64,000 bases of DNA from an uncultured Gemmatimonadales bacterium (GTDB taxonomy: Bacteria; Gemmatimonadota; Gemmatimonadetes; Gemmatimonadales; GWC2-71-9). The position numbers and the translations under genes were made by a program. The notes below the pieces were generated by a model. The model was not told the origin of the DNA, searched no databases, and saw only the letters and a list, made by a program, of their open reading frames with translations. The stretch covers positions 64,001-128,000 of the forward strand of contig CAVSQW010000002.1 in assembly GCA_963730185.1 (NCBI GenBank), written 5' to 3'. Positions 1-11,897 of the stretch are shown here, piece by piece. Every line of letters starts with the position of its first letter. Positions within the stretch are counted from its first letter, which is position 1.

Positions 1-1166
1 GGGACGAAGTGCTCGACCTGGCGGCCATGGTGGGGCAGGGGCTGCTCGACGGGCTCGATCCCGACCTCCGCACGGCGGCGGCCGGACGCACCCTGAACCC
101 GCTCATGGCGCTCGGCCGCGACGCGGCGACGGCCCTCCGGTACGCTCTGTTCGAGCTGCTCACCGACGCCGGTCCAGGCCGCCGGCTGGCGGCCCCCGCC
201 CTGATGCCGATGGAGGGGATCGAGCTCCTCCGGCCGGTCGACGTGGGCGACTACACCGACTTCTATGCGTCGATCTTCCACGCCACCAACGTCGGCAGCA
301 TGTTCCGGCCCGACAACCCGCTGCTCCCGAACTACAAGTACCTCCCGATCGGCTACCACGGCCGGGCCTCGTCGATCGTGGTCAGCGGCACGCCGGTCCG
401 TCGGCCGATGGGCCAGACCAAGGGCGATCAGGACGTCGCGCCGTCGTTCGGTCCCAGTCGGGCTCTCGACTACGAGTGCGAGGTCGGCGCCTTCGATCGG
501 GCCGGGCAACTCGCTCGGCGAGCGGATCGCGCTCGCCCAGGCCGAGGCCCACCTGTTCGGGCTCTGCCTGCTCAACGACTGGTCGGCGCGGGACATCCAG
601 GCGCTGGGAGTACCAGCCGCTCGGGCCGTTCCTCGCCAAGAGCTTCGCCTCGACCATCTCGCCCTGGGTGGTCACCGCCGACGCCTTGGCGCCGTTCCGG
701 GTGCCGGCCTTCGAGCGCCCCGCCGATGACCCCGACCCGCTGCCCTACCTGTCGCACGAGGCCGACCGGGCCCGGGGCGGCGTCGAGCTCACGGTCGAGG
801 TGCTCCTCGCGTCCGAGCGAATGCGCGCGCGACGGCATGGCGCCCTTCCGGGTGAGCTCGGCCCGCTTCGCCACCATGTACTGGACGGTCGGGCAGATGA
901 TCACCCACCACGCCAGCAACGGCTGCAACCTTCGCCCCGGTGACCTCCTGGGCAGCGGCACCGTGTCCGGGCCGGCGCGGGAGAGCCGGGGGTGCCTTCT
1001 GGAGCTGACTTGGCGGGGCGCCGAGCCCATCGCCCTGCCCACGGGCGAGGAGCGGCGCTTCCTGCTCGACGGCGACGAAGTGCTGATCCGCGGCTTCTGC
1101 GACCGCGCCGGTACGGCCCGGATCGGCCTGGGTGAGTGCCGGGGGATCATTCTTCCCGCCGGGTGA
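1..1166 (+). CDS. fahA: Fumarylacetoacetase (5' partial; three +1 frameshifts at ~495, ~604, ~827)
   Basis: [27 protein letters not shown] and DYECE in frame 9. [11 protein letters not shown] in frame 265. [14 protein letters not shown] in frame 476. [22 protein letters not shown] back in frame 9. Confidence 0.9.
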   Translation, partial: DEVLDLAAMVGQGLLDGLDPDLRTAAAGRTLNPLMALGRDAATALRYALFELLTDAGPGRRLAAPALMPMEGIELLRPVDVGDYTDFYASIFHATNVGSMFRPDNPLLPNYKYLPIGYHGRASSIVVSGTPVRRPMGQTKGDQDVAPSFGPSRALDYECEVGAFDRAGQLARRADRARPGRGPPVRALPAQRLVGAGHPGAGSTSRSGRSSPRASPRPSRPGWSPPTPWRRSGCRPSSAPPMTPTRCPTCRTRPTGPGAASSSRSRCSSRPSECARDGMAPFRVSSARFATMYWTVGQMITHHASNGCNLRPGDLLGSGTVSGPARESRGCLLELTWRGAEPIALPTGEERRFLLDGDEVLIRGFCDRAGTARIGLGECRGIILPAG

Positions 1167-1209
1167 TCCGAATGCCGCGGGCGGAGCGCGTTACCCTCGG
1201 AGGTGAACG

Positions 1210-1845
1210 ATGAGTCTCGCCGACCGGCGGGTCGAATACGGGCGCGCGTCGCTCGATCCCGCCGCCGTAGATCCCGATCCCTTCCGACAGTTCTCGGTCT
1301 GGTTCGACGCCGCCGCGGCCGGCGGGGTGCCGGAGCCGAACGCGATGACCCTGGCCACCGCCAGCGCCGACGGGATGCCGTCCGCTCGGGTGGTGCTGCT
1401 CAAGGGGGTCGATCGCCACGGCTTCGTCTTCTACACCGACTATCGGAGCCGGAAGGGTGGGGAGCTGGCCGCCAACCCGCGGGCCGCGCTCGTCTTCTTC
1501 TGGCCTGCCCTCGAGCGGCAAGTGCGGATCGGCGGCATGGTGGAACGGGTGAGCCCGGCCGAGTCGGACGAGTACTATCAGAGCCGCCCCCACGGGAGCC
1601 GGGTCGGGGCCTGGGTCTCCTCGCAGAGCGCCGTGCTCCCCGACCGGGCCACGCTCGACGCGGCGTGGCGAGATGCCGCGGCCCGCTTCGGCGACGGCCC
1701 GGTGCCCCGGCCCGAGCACTGGGGCGGCTATCGGGTCGTGCCGGACGAGGTCGAGTTCTGGCAGGGGCGTCCCAACCGGCTGCACGACCGGGTCCGCTAT
1801 CGCCGCCTGGCCGATGGCTGGCGGGTCGAGCGACTCTGGCCCTGA
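1210..1845 (+). CDS. pdxH: Pyridoxamine 5'-phosphate oxidase
   Basis: [41 protein letters not shown] upstream. Confidence 0.97.
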   Translation: MSLADRRVEYGRASLDPAAVDPDPFRQFSVWFDAAAAGGVPEPNAMTLATASADGMPSARVVLLKGVDRHGFVFYTDYRSRKGGELAANPRAALVFFWPALERQVRIGGMVERVSPAESDEYYQSRPHGSRVGAWVSSQSAVLPDRATLDAAWRDAAARFGDGPVPRPEHWGGYRVVPDEVEFWQGRPNRLHDRVRYRRLADGWRVERLWP

Positions 1846-1879
1846 CGTCACGACCCTCCCACTGAGGAGATAACCCGGC

Positions 1880-4219
1880 ATGGCCTCTGTCCGCTCGGTC
1901 CTCGCTCTCTTCGCCGCCGGCGCGCTCGTCGCGGCCCCGGCCGAGGCCCAGGCGCCGCGCCGGCTCGCGGTCGATTGGATCATGCGAGGCCCGGAGCTGG
2001 TGGGCCGGACCCCGTCGTCCGTTGCCTGGTCGCCCGATGGGCAGTGGCTCTACTTCCAGTGGCTGCCTCCCGGCTCGGCCTGGGACGCCTCGCTCGCCCG
2101 CTATCGGGTCCGGGCGGTGCCCGGCGCGGTGCCCGAGTCGCTCACCACGGCGCAAGCGGATTCGCTGGCGCCGCTCTTCGCCCGGGGCGGTAGCACCAGC
2201 CCGGATCGCCGGCAGCGGGTGGTCTCGGTCGGCGGCGATCTCTTTCTGGTGGCCCAGCCGAGTGGCGCGATTCGCCGGCTCACCCACACCCCCGGCGTCA
2301 CCGAGACCGATCCCCATTTCGACGGCGCCGGCCGGGCGGTGCTGTTCCGGCGCGACCAGAACCTGGTCCGGTTCGACCTGGCGACGGTGGCCGTGACCCA
2401 GCTCACCGATATCCGGCCCGGTCCGGCGCCAGACTCCACGCCCCCCACGGGCCAGCGAGGCTTCGTCGCCCGCGAAGAACGGTCGCTGGTCCGGGCGGTG
2501 GACGAACGGCTGGCACGGGACAGCCTGGACCGGCTGGCGCGCCAGGTCCGGACCGCCGACGACCCCAAGCCCGTCTATCTCGCCAAGGGAGAGCGGGTCT
2601 CCCGGCTGGTCCCCTCCCCGGATGGCTCTCGGGCGCTGATCGTCGTGACCCGGCCGTCCGACCCGCGGCGGACCGAGGTGCCGAACTACGTCACCGAGAG
2701 CGGATACACCGAGGACATTCCCGGCCGGACCAAGGTCGGCGACGTGCAGCCCCGCCAACGGGTCGGCGTCCTCCGGATCGGGTCGGACAGCGTCACCTGG
2801 CTCGATCCCCTCCCCGGCGATTCGAGCGGGGTGTACGTCCGGCTCGACGATCGAGGCTGGAACGACGACGGAACGGCGGTCCTGCTCTGGGTCACCAGTC
2901 GCGACTACAACGAGCGCCGGCTGCTCGCCGTCGACACCGCGGGCGCGATCACCTCCCTCGACGTGCTCCGCGACAGCACCTGGGTGGGCGGCGTCGGGGG
3001 GCGGTGCTTCGGGTGCGCGGGCTGGCTCCCGGGGCGGACCGGAGCCTGGTTCGTGTCCGAGGAGGATGGCTACGCCCACCTGTACACCGTTGGCCCCGAC
3101 GGGTCCGGCAAGGCCCAGCGGACCCGGGGCCAGTGGGAGGTGCTCTCGGCCGAGCTGACCGCCGACCGCTCGGCCTGGGCCCTCCACACCAGCGAAGCCT
3201 CGCCGTTCGAGCGGCAGTTCTACCTGCTTCCAGTGTCGGGCGGTCCCGCCCGCCGGCTCACGAAGGAGGTCGGCGGACATGAGGTCGAGCTCTCGCCCGA
3301 CGGCTCGCTGCTGGCCGACGTCTTCTCGACCGCGAATCATCCCCCCGAGCTCTATCTCCAACCGGCCACGCTGGATGGCGGGCGTGCCCGCCTGACCACT
3401 TCGCCCACGGCGGAGTGGTCCCGCTTTCCGTGGATCAAACCCGAGATCGTCTGGGTTCCGGCGTCCGACGGGGTCAAGGTGCCGGCCCGGATCTATCGCC
3501 CCGCCGATCTCCACGCCCGCCCCAACGGGGCCGGGGTGATCTTCGTCCACGGCGCCGGCTACCTCCACAACGTGCACCGCTACTGGTCCGACTATTTCCG
3601 CGAGTACATGTTCAACCAGCTCCTCGCCCAGCGCGGCTATGTGGTGCTCGACCTCGACTACCGCGCCTCGGCCGGCTACGGCCGGGCCTGGCGGGAGGCC
3701 ATCTACCGGCACATGGGCGGGCGCGATCTCCAGGACCAGGTGGATGGCGCCCGCTACCTGAACCGGCGGTACGGCGTCTCCTTCGATCGAATCGGGATCT
3801 ACGGTGGGAGCTACGGCGGATTCCTCACCCTGATGGCGCTCTTCAGGGAAAGCAAGTACTTCGGCGCCGGCGCGGCGCTTCGAAGCGTGACCGACTGGGC
3901 TCATTACAACCACGGCTATACCGCCGCGATCCTCAACGAGCCCGAGCAGGACTCCGTCGCCTTCCGCCAGTCGTCGCCGATCTACTTCGCCGAGGGGCTT
4001 GAGGATCCGCTCTTGATGGCCCACGGGATGGTGGACGTGAACGTCCACTTCCAGGACATCGTCCGCCTGACGCAGCGCCTGATCGAGCTCGGCAAGACCA
4101 ACTGGGAGCTCGCCGTCTACCCGGTCGAGAGCCACGGCTTCGTCCGGCCCGATTCCTGGACCGACGAATACCGGCGGATCCTCGCCCTCTTCGATCGGTC
4201 GCTCCAACCCAAGCCATGA
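1880..4219 (+). CDS. Secreted S9 family (DPP-IV-like) serine peptidase
   Basis: Signal peptide, beta-propeller-like region, GGSYGG nucleophile, DVNV Asp, ESHGF His. Confidence 0.92.
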   Translation: MASVRSVLALFAAGALVAAPAEAQAPRRLAVDWIMRGPELVGRTPSSVAWSPDGQWLYFQWLPPGSAWDASLARYRVRAVPGAVPESLTTAQADSLAPLFARGGSTSPDRRQRVVSVGGDLFLVAQPSGAIRRLTHTPGVTETDPHFDGAGRAVLFRRDQNLVRFDLATVAVTQLTDIRPGPAPDSTPPTGQRGFVAREERSLVRAVDERLARDSLDRLARQVRTADDPKPVYLAKGERVSRLVPSPDGSRALIVVTRPSDPRRTEVPNYVTESGYTEDIPGRTKVGDVQPRQRVGVLRIGSDSVTWLDPLPGDSSGVYVRLDDRGWNDDGTAVLLWVTSRDYNERRLLAVDTAGAITSLDVLRDSTWVGGVGGRCFGCAGWLPGRTGAWFVSEEDGYAHLYTVGPDGSGKAQRTRGQWEVLSAELTADRSAWALHTSEASPFERQFYLLPVSGGPARRLTKEVGGHEVELSPDGSLLADVFSTANHPPELYLQPATLDGGRARLTTSPTAEWSRFPWIKPEIVWVPASDGVKVPARIYRPADLHARPNGAGVIFVHGAGYLHNVHRYWSDYFREYMFNQLLAQRGYVVLDLDYRASAGYGRAWREAIYRHMGGRDLQDQVDGARYLNRRYGVSFDRIGIYGGSYGGFLTLMALFRESKYFGAGAALRSVTDWAHYNHGYTAAILNEPEQDSVAFRQSSPIYFAEGLEDPLLMAHGMVDVNVHFQDIVRLTQRLIELGKTNWELAVYPVESHGFVRPDSWTDEYRRILALFDRSLQPKP

Positions 4220-5544
4220 CCGAACTCGCCCGCCGCTTCGAGACCCACCTCGCCCGGTTCGGCCTCCCGGCCGGCTCCGCGATGGTCGGGGTCTCGGGTG
4301 GAGTGGACTCGCTCGCGCTCCTCGATCTGTTGAGCCGCGCGGCAGGTCCGCTGGGGCTCGCCCTCGCGGTGCTGCACGTCGATCACGGAATCGACCCCGC
4401 CAGCGGCGAGGTCGCGGAGCGGATTCGCGCGGTCGCGGCTCGCTACGGACTGCCGTGCGTGGTGGAACGTCTGGCCCTCGGCGCCGGAGCGACCGAGACC
4501 GGAGCTCGGCGGGAGCGCTACCGGGCCTTCCGGGGCGCGCTGGCCCGGGAGGACTGCCGCCTGCTCTTCCTGGCTCACCAGGCCGACGATCAGGCCGAGA
4601 CCGTCCTGATGCGGCTCCTCCGGGGGTCGGGACCCGCCGGGTTGGCCGGGATTCCGGAGCGGCGGGGACCGTTCGTCCGGCCCCTGCTTCCGTTCCGCCG
4701 AACGGAGCTGGAGCGGCACCTGGCCCATCTCGGACTCGAGGCCTGGAGCGATCCAGCCAATCACGATCGCCGGCACCTCCGGGCCTGGGTCCGACACGAC
4801 GTGATGCCGGTGCTGGTCGCAAGAATTCCTGAGGTGGTCGCGAATCTGGGCCGGTCTGCCCGTCTGGCAGGGGAGAACCGGCGAGCCTGGCAGGGCGTCG
4901 TGAAGTCGCTGCCGGAGCTCGATTTTCGGGTCGATCAGGGGGTCGCTTCCGTTGCTGCGGTCCCGCTGAAAGGGTATAGTTCGGCGCTCAGGCGTGCGAT
5001 CCTTCGGGCCCTGGCCCGGCGGGTCGGCGTGAGCCTGGGCGCATGCGCTCTCGATCGAGTCGAAGCGCTTGTGAGCCACGGACATACGGGCCAGGTGCTC
5101 GAGCTGGCGGCCGGCGGTCGGGCCGAGTGCGCGTTCGGCCGAATCCGAGTGTTCCAGCCCGCCGGGACTCCGGAGGTCGGTGAGAGGGTGCTGACGGGTG
5201 AGCGGGGCAGCGTGAACCTGGGACCGTGGCGGCTCAGCTGGAGCCCGGACCGAGGGCCCGCGGCGCTCGACCGGGGCGGGATGACCACCTGGGTGTCGCC
5301 AGACGCGGCGCTCTCGGTCCGCGGGTGGCGGCCCGGAGACCGGATTCGGCCTCTGGGAGGTCGCGGTTCGCGGTTGGTGGTGCGGTGTATGCAGGATCTG
5401 AAGGTGGCGCGCAGTCGTCGGCCAGGATGGCCGGTCGTGGAGCAGGGAGGCCGGGTCCTATGGGTGCCCGGCGTCTGCCGAAGCGACGATTTGGTGCCGG
5501 AACCGAAGGGAGATGCGTTGCGGATCGATGCCCGTCCAATCTGA
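4216..5544 (+). CDS. tilS: tRNA(Ile)-lysidine synthetase
   Basis: SGGVDS PP-loop, HVDHG, AHQADDQAET, RPLL; sits in tilS-hpt-ftsH order. Confidence 0.95.
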   Translation: MTELARRFETHLARFGLPAGSAMVGVSGGVDSLALLDLLSRAAGPLGLALAVLHVDHGIDPASGEVAERIRAVAARYGLPCVVERLALGAGATETGARRERYRAFRGALAREDCRLLFLAHQADDQAETVLMRLLRGSGPAGLAGIPERRGPFVRPLLPFRRTELERHLAHLGLEAWSDPANHDRRHLRAWVRHDVMPVLVARIPEVVANLGRSARLAGENRRAWQGVVKSLPELDFRVDQGVASVAAVPLKGYSSALRRAILRALARRVGVSLGACALDRVEALVSHGHTGQVLELAAGGRAECAFGRIRVFQPAGTPEVGERVLTGERGSVNLGPWRLSWSPDRGPAALDRGGMTTWVSPDAALSVRGWRPGDRIRPLGGRGSRLVVRCMQDLKVARSRRPGWPVVEQGGRVLWVPGVCRSDDLVPEPKGDALRIDARPI

Positions 5545-6082
5545 GACCCTGCGTCGGACCGGCGGTCGTTCGCTCAAGTCCATCGTGTTCGAGGCCGAGA
5601 CGATCGGCGCTCGGGTTCGGGAGCTCGGGCAGCAGATCACCGATGCGTATCCGGACGGCGAGCTTCTCGTGCTCGGGTTGCTCAAAGGAAGCTTCATCTT
5701 CCTCGGCGACTTGGTGCGTCAGATCGAGCGGCCGCTGCAGGTGGACTTCCTGGCGGCGAGTTCGTACGGCCGCGGGACGACGTCGAGCGGGGACGTCTCA
5801 TTGCTCTACGATCCCGAGACCACGCTGGAAGGGAAGCACATCGTGTTGGTGGAAGACATCGTCGACAGTGGGAATACCATCCGGAAGCTGATCGGGATGC
5901 TCGAGTCCCGGCGCCCCCGGTCGCTCACCGTCTGCGCGCTGCTCGACAAGGAGGAGCAGCATCCCTCTTTTCCGGCTCTTCGATTCGTCGGCTTCAAGGC
6001 GCCCCCGGCGTTTCTCGTCGGCTATGGTCTCGACCACGCCGAGGATTTCCGGCACCTTCCCTTCATCGCGGATTTGATGTAG
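5528..6082 (+). CDS. hpt: Hypoxanthine phosphoribosyltransferase
   Basis: LLKGS, LVEDIVDSGNT PRPP motif, VGYGLD. Confidence 0.96.
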   Translation: MPVQSETLRRTGGRSLKSIVFEAETIGARVRELGQQITDAYPDGELLVLGLLKGSFIFLGDLVRQIERPLQVDFLAASSYGRGTTSSGDVSLLYDPETTLEGKHIVLVEDIVDSGNTIRKLIGMLESRRPRSLTVCALLDKEEQHPSFPALRFVGFKAPPAFLVGYGLDHAEDFRHLPFIADLM

Positions 6083-8068
<1,986 letters not shown>

Positions 8069-8099
8069 GCCCGGGCTCATCCGCAAGTCCGTAACCCGA

Positions 8100-8132
8100 G
8101 AGAGGCGGTTGGCCCGAGCGGCGCCGCCTCTC
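8100..8132 (+). terminator. Stem-loop after ftsH
   Basis: GAGAGGCGG...CCGCCTCTC 9-bp inverted repeat; weak U-tract. Confidence 0.4.
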
Positions 8133-8160
8133 GTCATTCACGCTCCCTCGATCCCTGGCG

Positions 8161-10557
8161 ATGCGTCCTCCTTACCGCGCCGCGCTCGTCGTCACCCTCC
8201 TGGTCCTCGCGGGATACGTCTTCTCGCTGGCGCCCTCGGTCACCTTCTGGGACGCCGGCGAGTTCATCGCGGCCATGAAGGGCCTGGGCATTCCCCATCC
8301 GCCCGGGACCCCGTTGTTCGTCCTGATGGGCCACGTCTGGGCGGGGCTGATCCCGTTCGGCGAATACGCCTGGCGTACCAATCTGCTGAGCGCCACGTTC
8401 AGCGCCGGCGCCGCCGGGTTCTGGTTCCTCGTCGTGCACGAGGCCCTGCTCCGGGCGATCCCGGGTGACGATCGGGCCGCCAACCGGCTCCGGATCGTCG
8501 GGGCCGGGGCGTCGGCTCTCCTGGCCGCCTTTACCTTCACCAATTGGCAGAACTCCAACGAAACCGAGGTCTACGCGGTCGCCTCGTTCATCGTCGGAGC
8601 GATCGCGTGGTCCTGCCTCCGGTGGCGGGCGGCCCGGGGCACCGATCGGGCCCGCCGGGCGCTCCTGATGATCGCCTACCTCCTGGGGCTCTCGATCGCC
8701 AATCACCTGCTGGCGCTCCTGGCCGGGCCGGCGGTCATCGCGTTCCTGGTGGCGGAGCTCCGGCTCCACCCGGCGGCGAGCGCCGAGGAGCGGCGCGGCG
8801 AGTGGGCTCGCGCCGCGGTCTTCGCCGGGCTTTGGGCGCTGCTGTTGGGCGTCGGGCTCGGCAGCCCGGGGATCGCGGTCGTGGGTGGGCTCGCCTTTCT
8901 GGCGGCCAGTGTCTTCGCGCTCCGGGCCGGGGCGCTGGGCTTCGCCCTCGTCGCGGTGGCGATCGCCTTGGTGGGCGTGACCCCCTACCTCTTTCTCTTC
9001 CTCCGCTCGGCCCAGCACCCGGTCCTCAACGAGGCGGCGCCGTCGACCTGGGACGCGCTGCTCGCCGTGATCCAGCGGGCCCAGTATCCGGTCCGGACAC
9101 CGTTCGACGATCCGACCCACCTCCACGGGCCAGACAACCCGGGGCGGACGCTCTCGATCATCGGGCTCCAGCTCCTCAACTACGTGCAGTACTTCGACTG
9201 GCAGTGGGCCAAGTCGCTGGCGGTCCAGTTCGCCGGGGTGCCGCTTCGCGTCATCGCGACCATCACCTTCTTCTCGCTCGGCCTCTACGGCGCCGGCGTG
9301 CACCGGCGGGCCGACCGGACCGGGTGGTGGTTGATCTTCACGCTCTGGCTGGTCACCGGGCTGGGCCTGGTCGGCTACATGAACTTCAAGCCGGGTTACA
9401 GCCTCGGCTATCAGCTCTTCCCCAGCTCGGGGCAGCACGAGGTCCGGGAGCGCGACTATTTCTTCGTGCTGAGCTTCGTGACCTGGGGCCTCTGGGCCGG
9501 GATGGGCCTCACCTCGCTGGTCCGTCAGGCGGGCGAAGCCGGCCGGGGGCTCAGGCAGGGAGCCTTCCTGGCCTTTGCCCTGGTGCTGGTCCCGCCGGTG
9601 CTCAACTTTCGCGAGGCCGATCGGGCCCACGGTCCCGACACCCACCTTCCCGGCGACTTCGCCTACGACCTCCTCAACTCGGCCCCACCGTACGGGATCC
9701 TCTTCACCTACGGCGACAACGACACCTTCCCGCTCTGGTGGGCCCAGGAGGTGGCGGGCATCCGGCAGGACGTCCGCGTGGTCTGCCTGGCGCTCTCCCG
9801 AACCGACTGGTACATGCGCCAGCTGCGGGAGAATCCGGAGCGTCCGTTCGCACGGGACCGGGCCCCGGCCATCTGGCGCGACAGCTCGGCCGAGCAGCCG
9901 ACCTGGCCGCTCCACAGCATGACCGACGAGGAGATCGCGGCCGCGGTGCCCCAGTATCTGCCCCGGGCCGTCCCGCTCCGGTTCGGACCCTACCGCGCCG
10001 TGCTCGACTCGGGCACGGTGCTCTATCCGGAAGACTTCGCCGTCATCCGCATCGTCCAGCAGAACTTCGGCCGACGGCCGGTGGTCTGGTCGCTGACGAC
10101 GGCGGGGAAGTACTTCGGGTTGGACGGCCTCATCGTCCAGAACGGCCTCGGTCTCGAGCTCCAGACCTCGCCCCCCGATACCACCAGCCCCGCCCTGGAC
10201 TTCAACGGCATGTTCGGCGTTCCGCTCGACGTGCCCACCACCCGCCGACTGGCGATGGAGACCTACCGCTACGGCGGGCTGCTCGAGTCGCCACCCTCGA
10301 CGCTCGAGTCCACGGCCGCCGGCATCGCCCAGACGCTGACGGTCCCACTGACCCAGCTCGCCCTGGCGGCCCGATCGCGGCACGACTACCAGGGCGCGAT
10401 CGGGTACCTCGAGCGGGCCGCCGCCATTACGCCCTCGGCCAGCGTGACCCAGCTGCTTGCCAGCCTCAGGGCAGAAGCCGCCAAGCCGGCCGCGACCGAC
10501 TCCGGCGGCGCGCCGGCCAAGGGCTCCGCCAGGGGGGTGGAAACACCGCGTCCCTGA
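8161..10557 (+). CDS. DUF2723 / TMEM260-like multi-pass GT-C glycosyltransferase
   Basis: FWDAGEF, GIPHPPG, EVY, RERDYFF, GDNDTFPLW; many TM helices; short TPR-like C-terminus. Confidence 0.85.
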   Translation: MRPPYRAALVVTLLVLAGYVFSLAPSVTFWDAGEFIAAMKGLGIPHPPGTPLFVLMGHVWAGLIPFGEYAWRTNLLSATFSAGAAGFWFLVVHEALLRAIPGDDRAANRLRIVGAGASALLAAFTFTNWQNSNETEVYAVASFIVGAIAWSCLRWRAARGTDRARRALLMIAYLLGLSIANHLLALLAGPAVIAFLVAELRLHPAASAEERRGEWARAAVFAGLWALLLGVGLGSPGIAVVGGLAFLAASVFALRAGALGFALVAVAIALVGVTPYLFLFLRSAQHPVLNEAAPSTWDALLAVIQRAQYPVRTPFDDPTHLHGPDNPGRTLSIIGLQLLNYVQYFDWQWAKSLAVQFAGVPLRVIATITFFSLGLYGAGVHRRADRTGWWLIFTLWLVTGLGLVGYMNFKPGYSLGYQLFPSSGQHEVRERDYFFVLSFVTWGLWAGMGLTSLVRQAGEAGRGLRQGAFLAFALVLVPPVLNFREADRAHGPDTHLPGDFAYDLLNSAPPYGILFTYGDNDTFPLWWAQEVAGIRQDVRVVCLALSRTDWYMRQLRENPERPFARDRAPAIWRDSSAEQPTWPLHSMTDEEIAAAVPQYLPRAVPLRFGPYRAVLDSGTVLYPEDFAVIRIVQQNFGRRPVVWSLTTAGKYFGLDGLIVQNGLGLELQTSPPDTTSPALDFNGMFGVPLDVPTTRRLAMETYRYGGLLESPPSTLESTAAGIAQTLTVPLTQLALAARSRHDYQGAIGYLERAAAITPSASVTQLLASLRAEAAKPAATDSGGAPAKGSARGVETPRP

Positions 10558-10620
10558 GGCCCAGAAGACCCCGGATCTCGGTCCCGGGCCGCCGGGGGCC
10601 GACCGAGGTCGCTCCGCGCC

Positions 10621-10649
10621 CTGCCGGTCTGGATAAATCGTTCTATATT
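10621..10649 (+). promoter_or_regulatory. Putative sigma70 promoter for yggS-divIVA-ileS (leaderless-type)
   Basis: CTGCCG-17 nt-TATATT with ATG 8 nt downstream and no clear RBS. Confidence 0.45.
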
Positions 10650-10657
10650 TGGGGGTT

Positions 10658-11344
10658 ATGGATTACCGGGGCGTTTCCGACCGCCTGGCCTGGGTCCGTG
10701 ACCAGATCGCCGAGCGCCAGATGCGGGGCGGGTGGTCGCACCCGGTTCAGGTCGTGGCGGTCACCAAGGGTCATCCGGTCGAGGCGGTCCAAGCCGCGCT
10801 CGACGCCGGACTACCGGATGTCGGTGAGAATCGGGTCCAGGAGGCCCTGGGCAAGCAGGCTCTGTGTCCCGACCCGAGGGTGCGGTGGCACCTGATCGGC
10901 CGCTTGCAGCGGAACAAGGCGAGGCAGGCCGTCGGCCGTTTCGTCCTGATCCACTCGGTCGACCGGCCGGAACTGGTGGTGGAGCTGGGTCGGCGCTGTC
11001 CGGAAGGGAGCCGGCAGCGGGTGCTGTTGGAGGTGAATTGCTCGGGAGAGCCGCAGAAGGGCGGGGCGGAGCCGGACGGGGTGCTGGCGTTGGTTCGCCA
11101 GGTGGCGGCGGAATCCCGATTGGCGTTTGGCGGCCTGATGACGATGGCCGCATTGAGCGAGGATGAAGCGGTGGCCCGATCGGCGTTTCGCCGGCTTCGG
11201 ACCGTGAAAGCGGAGGTGGAGGAGGCCGGGTTTCCGGTCGCCGATCTCTCCATGGGAATGTCGGGCGACTTTCCGGTGGCGGTCGAGGAAGGTGCCACGA
11301 TGATCCGACTCGGAACACTGCTGTTCGGGGAGCGAACGCAATGA
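10658..11344 (+). CDS. yggS: PLP homeostasis protein YggS/PROSC
   Basis: VAVTK, GENRVQE, WHLIGRLQRNK, LSMGMSGDF, IRLGT. Confidence 0.96.
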   Translation: MDYRGVSDRLAWVRDQIAERQMRGGWSHPVQVVAVTKGHPVEAVQAALDAGLPDVGENRVQEALGKQALCPDPRVRWHLIGRLQRNKARQAVGRFVLIHSVDRPELVVELGRRCPEGSRQRVLLEVNCSGEPQKGGAEPDGVLALVRQVAAESRLAFGGLMTMAALSEDEAVARSAFRRLRTVKAEVEEAGFPVADLSMGMSGDFPVAVEEGATMIRLGTLLFGERTQ

Positions 11345-11892
11345 CCGACGAAGGCTTCCAACTCAGCGCGCACGATGTGCGTCACCAGGAGTTCCAGCGG
11401 AGTCTCCGCGGGTATGACATCACCCAGGTGGACGACTTCAAGGAGCGGATCGCGCAGGAGCTCGATCGACTCTGGCGGGAGCGGAGCCAGGGCAGCGATC
11501 GGGTCCAGAGCATGGTGGAGCAGCTCAAGGGCTTCCGAGATCGGGAACGGGCCATGAACGATGCCCTGATCGCGGCCCAGCAGCTCCGGGCCGACGTGCA
11601 GAGTCAGGCCGACAAGGAGGCGGAGCTGATCCTCCAGCGGGCCCGGGCCCAGGCCGACCAGCTCCTGGCGGAGGCCCGCACCGAGGCTCAGCGGATCGTC
11701 GATCATGCCAAGAACGAGGAGCAACGACTCCGTTACGCCAACGAGGCCATCCGACGACAGTTCCTGGCGTATCTGACCAGCTATCGCCGGATGCTGGAGC
11801 GCGAGCTCTCGGAGCTCGATGCCGTGGCATCCTCCGACCAGGCTCCGACCGGGTCGGTCGATTCCGAAGTCTCGTTCCGACGGCCCGCCTAA
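11341..11892 (+). CDS. divIVA: DivIVA domain coiled-coil protein
   Basis: LSAHDVRHQEFQRSLRGYDITQVDDF N-terminal motif followed by a coiled coil. Confidence 0.9.
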   Translation: MTDEGFQLSAHDVRHQEFQRSLRGYDITQVDDFKERIAQELDRLWRERSQGSDRVQSMVEQLKGFRDRERAMNDALIAAQQLRADVQSQADKEAELILQRARAQADQLLAEARTEAQRIVDHAKNEEQRLRYANEAIRRQFLAYLTSYRRMLERELSELDAVASSDQAPTGSVDSEVSFRRPA

Positions 11893-11897
11893 CGCGA

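Noticed and set aside
10628..10636. TCTGGATAA, 8/9 match to a DnaA box in the yggS-divIVA promoter
   Set aside because: Single box with a mismatch at a conserved position; not distinguishable from chance without conservation data
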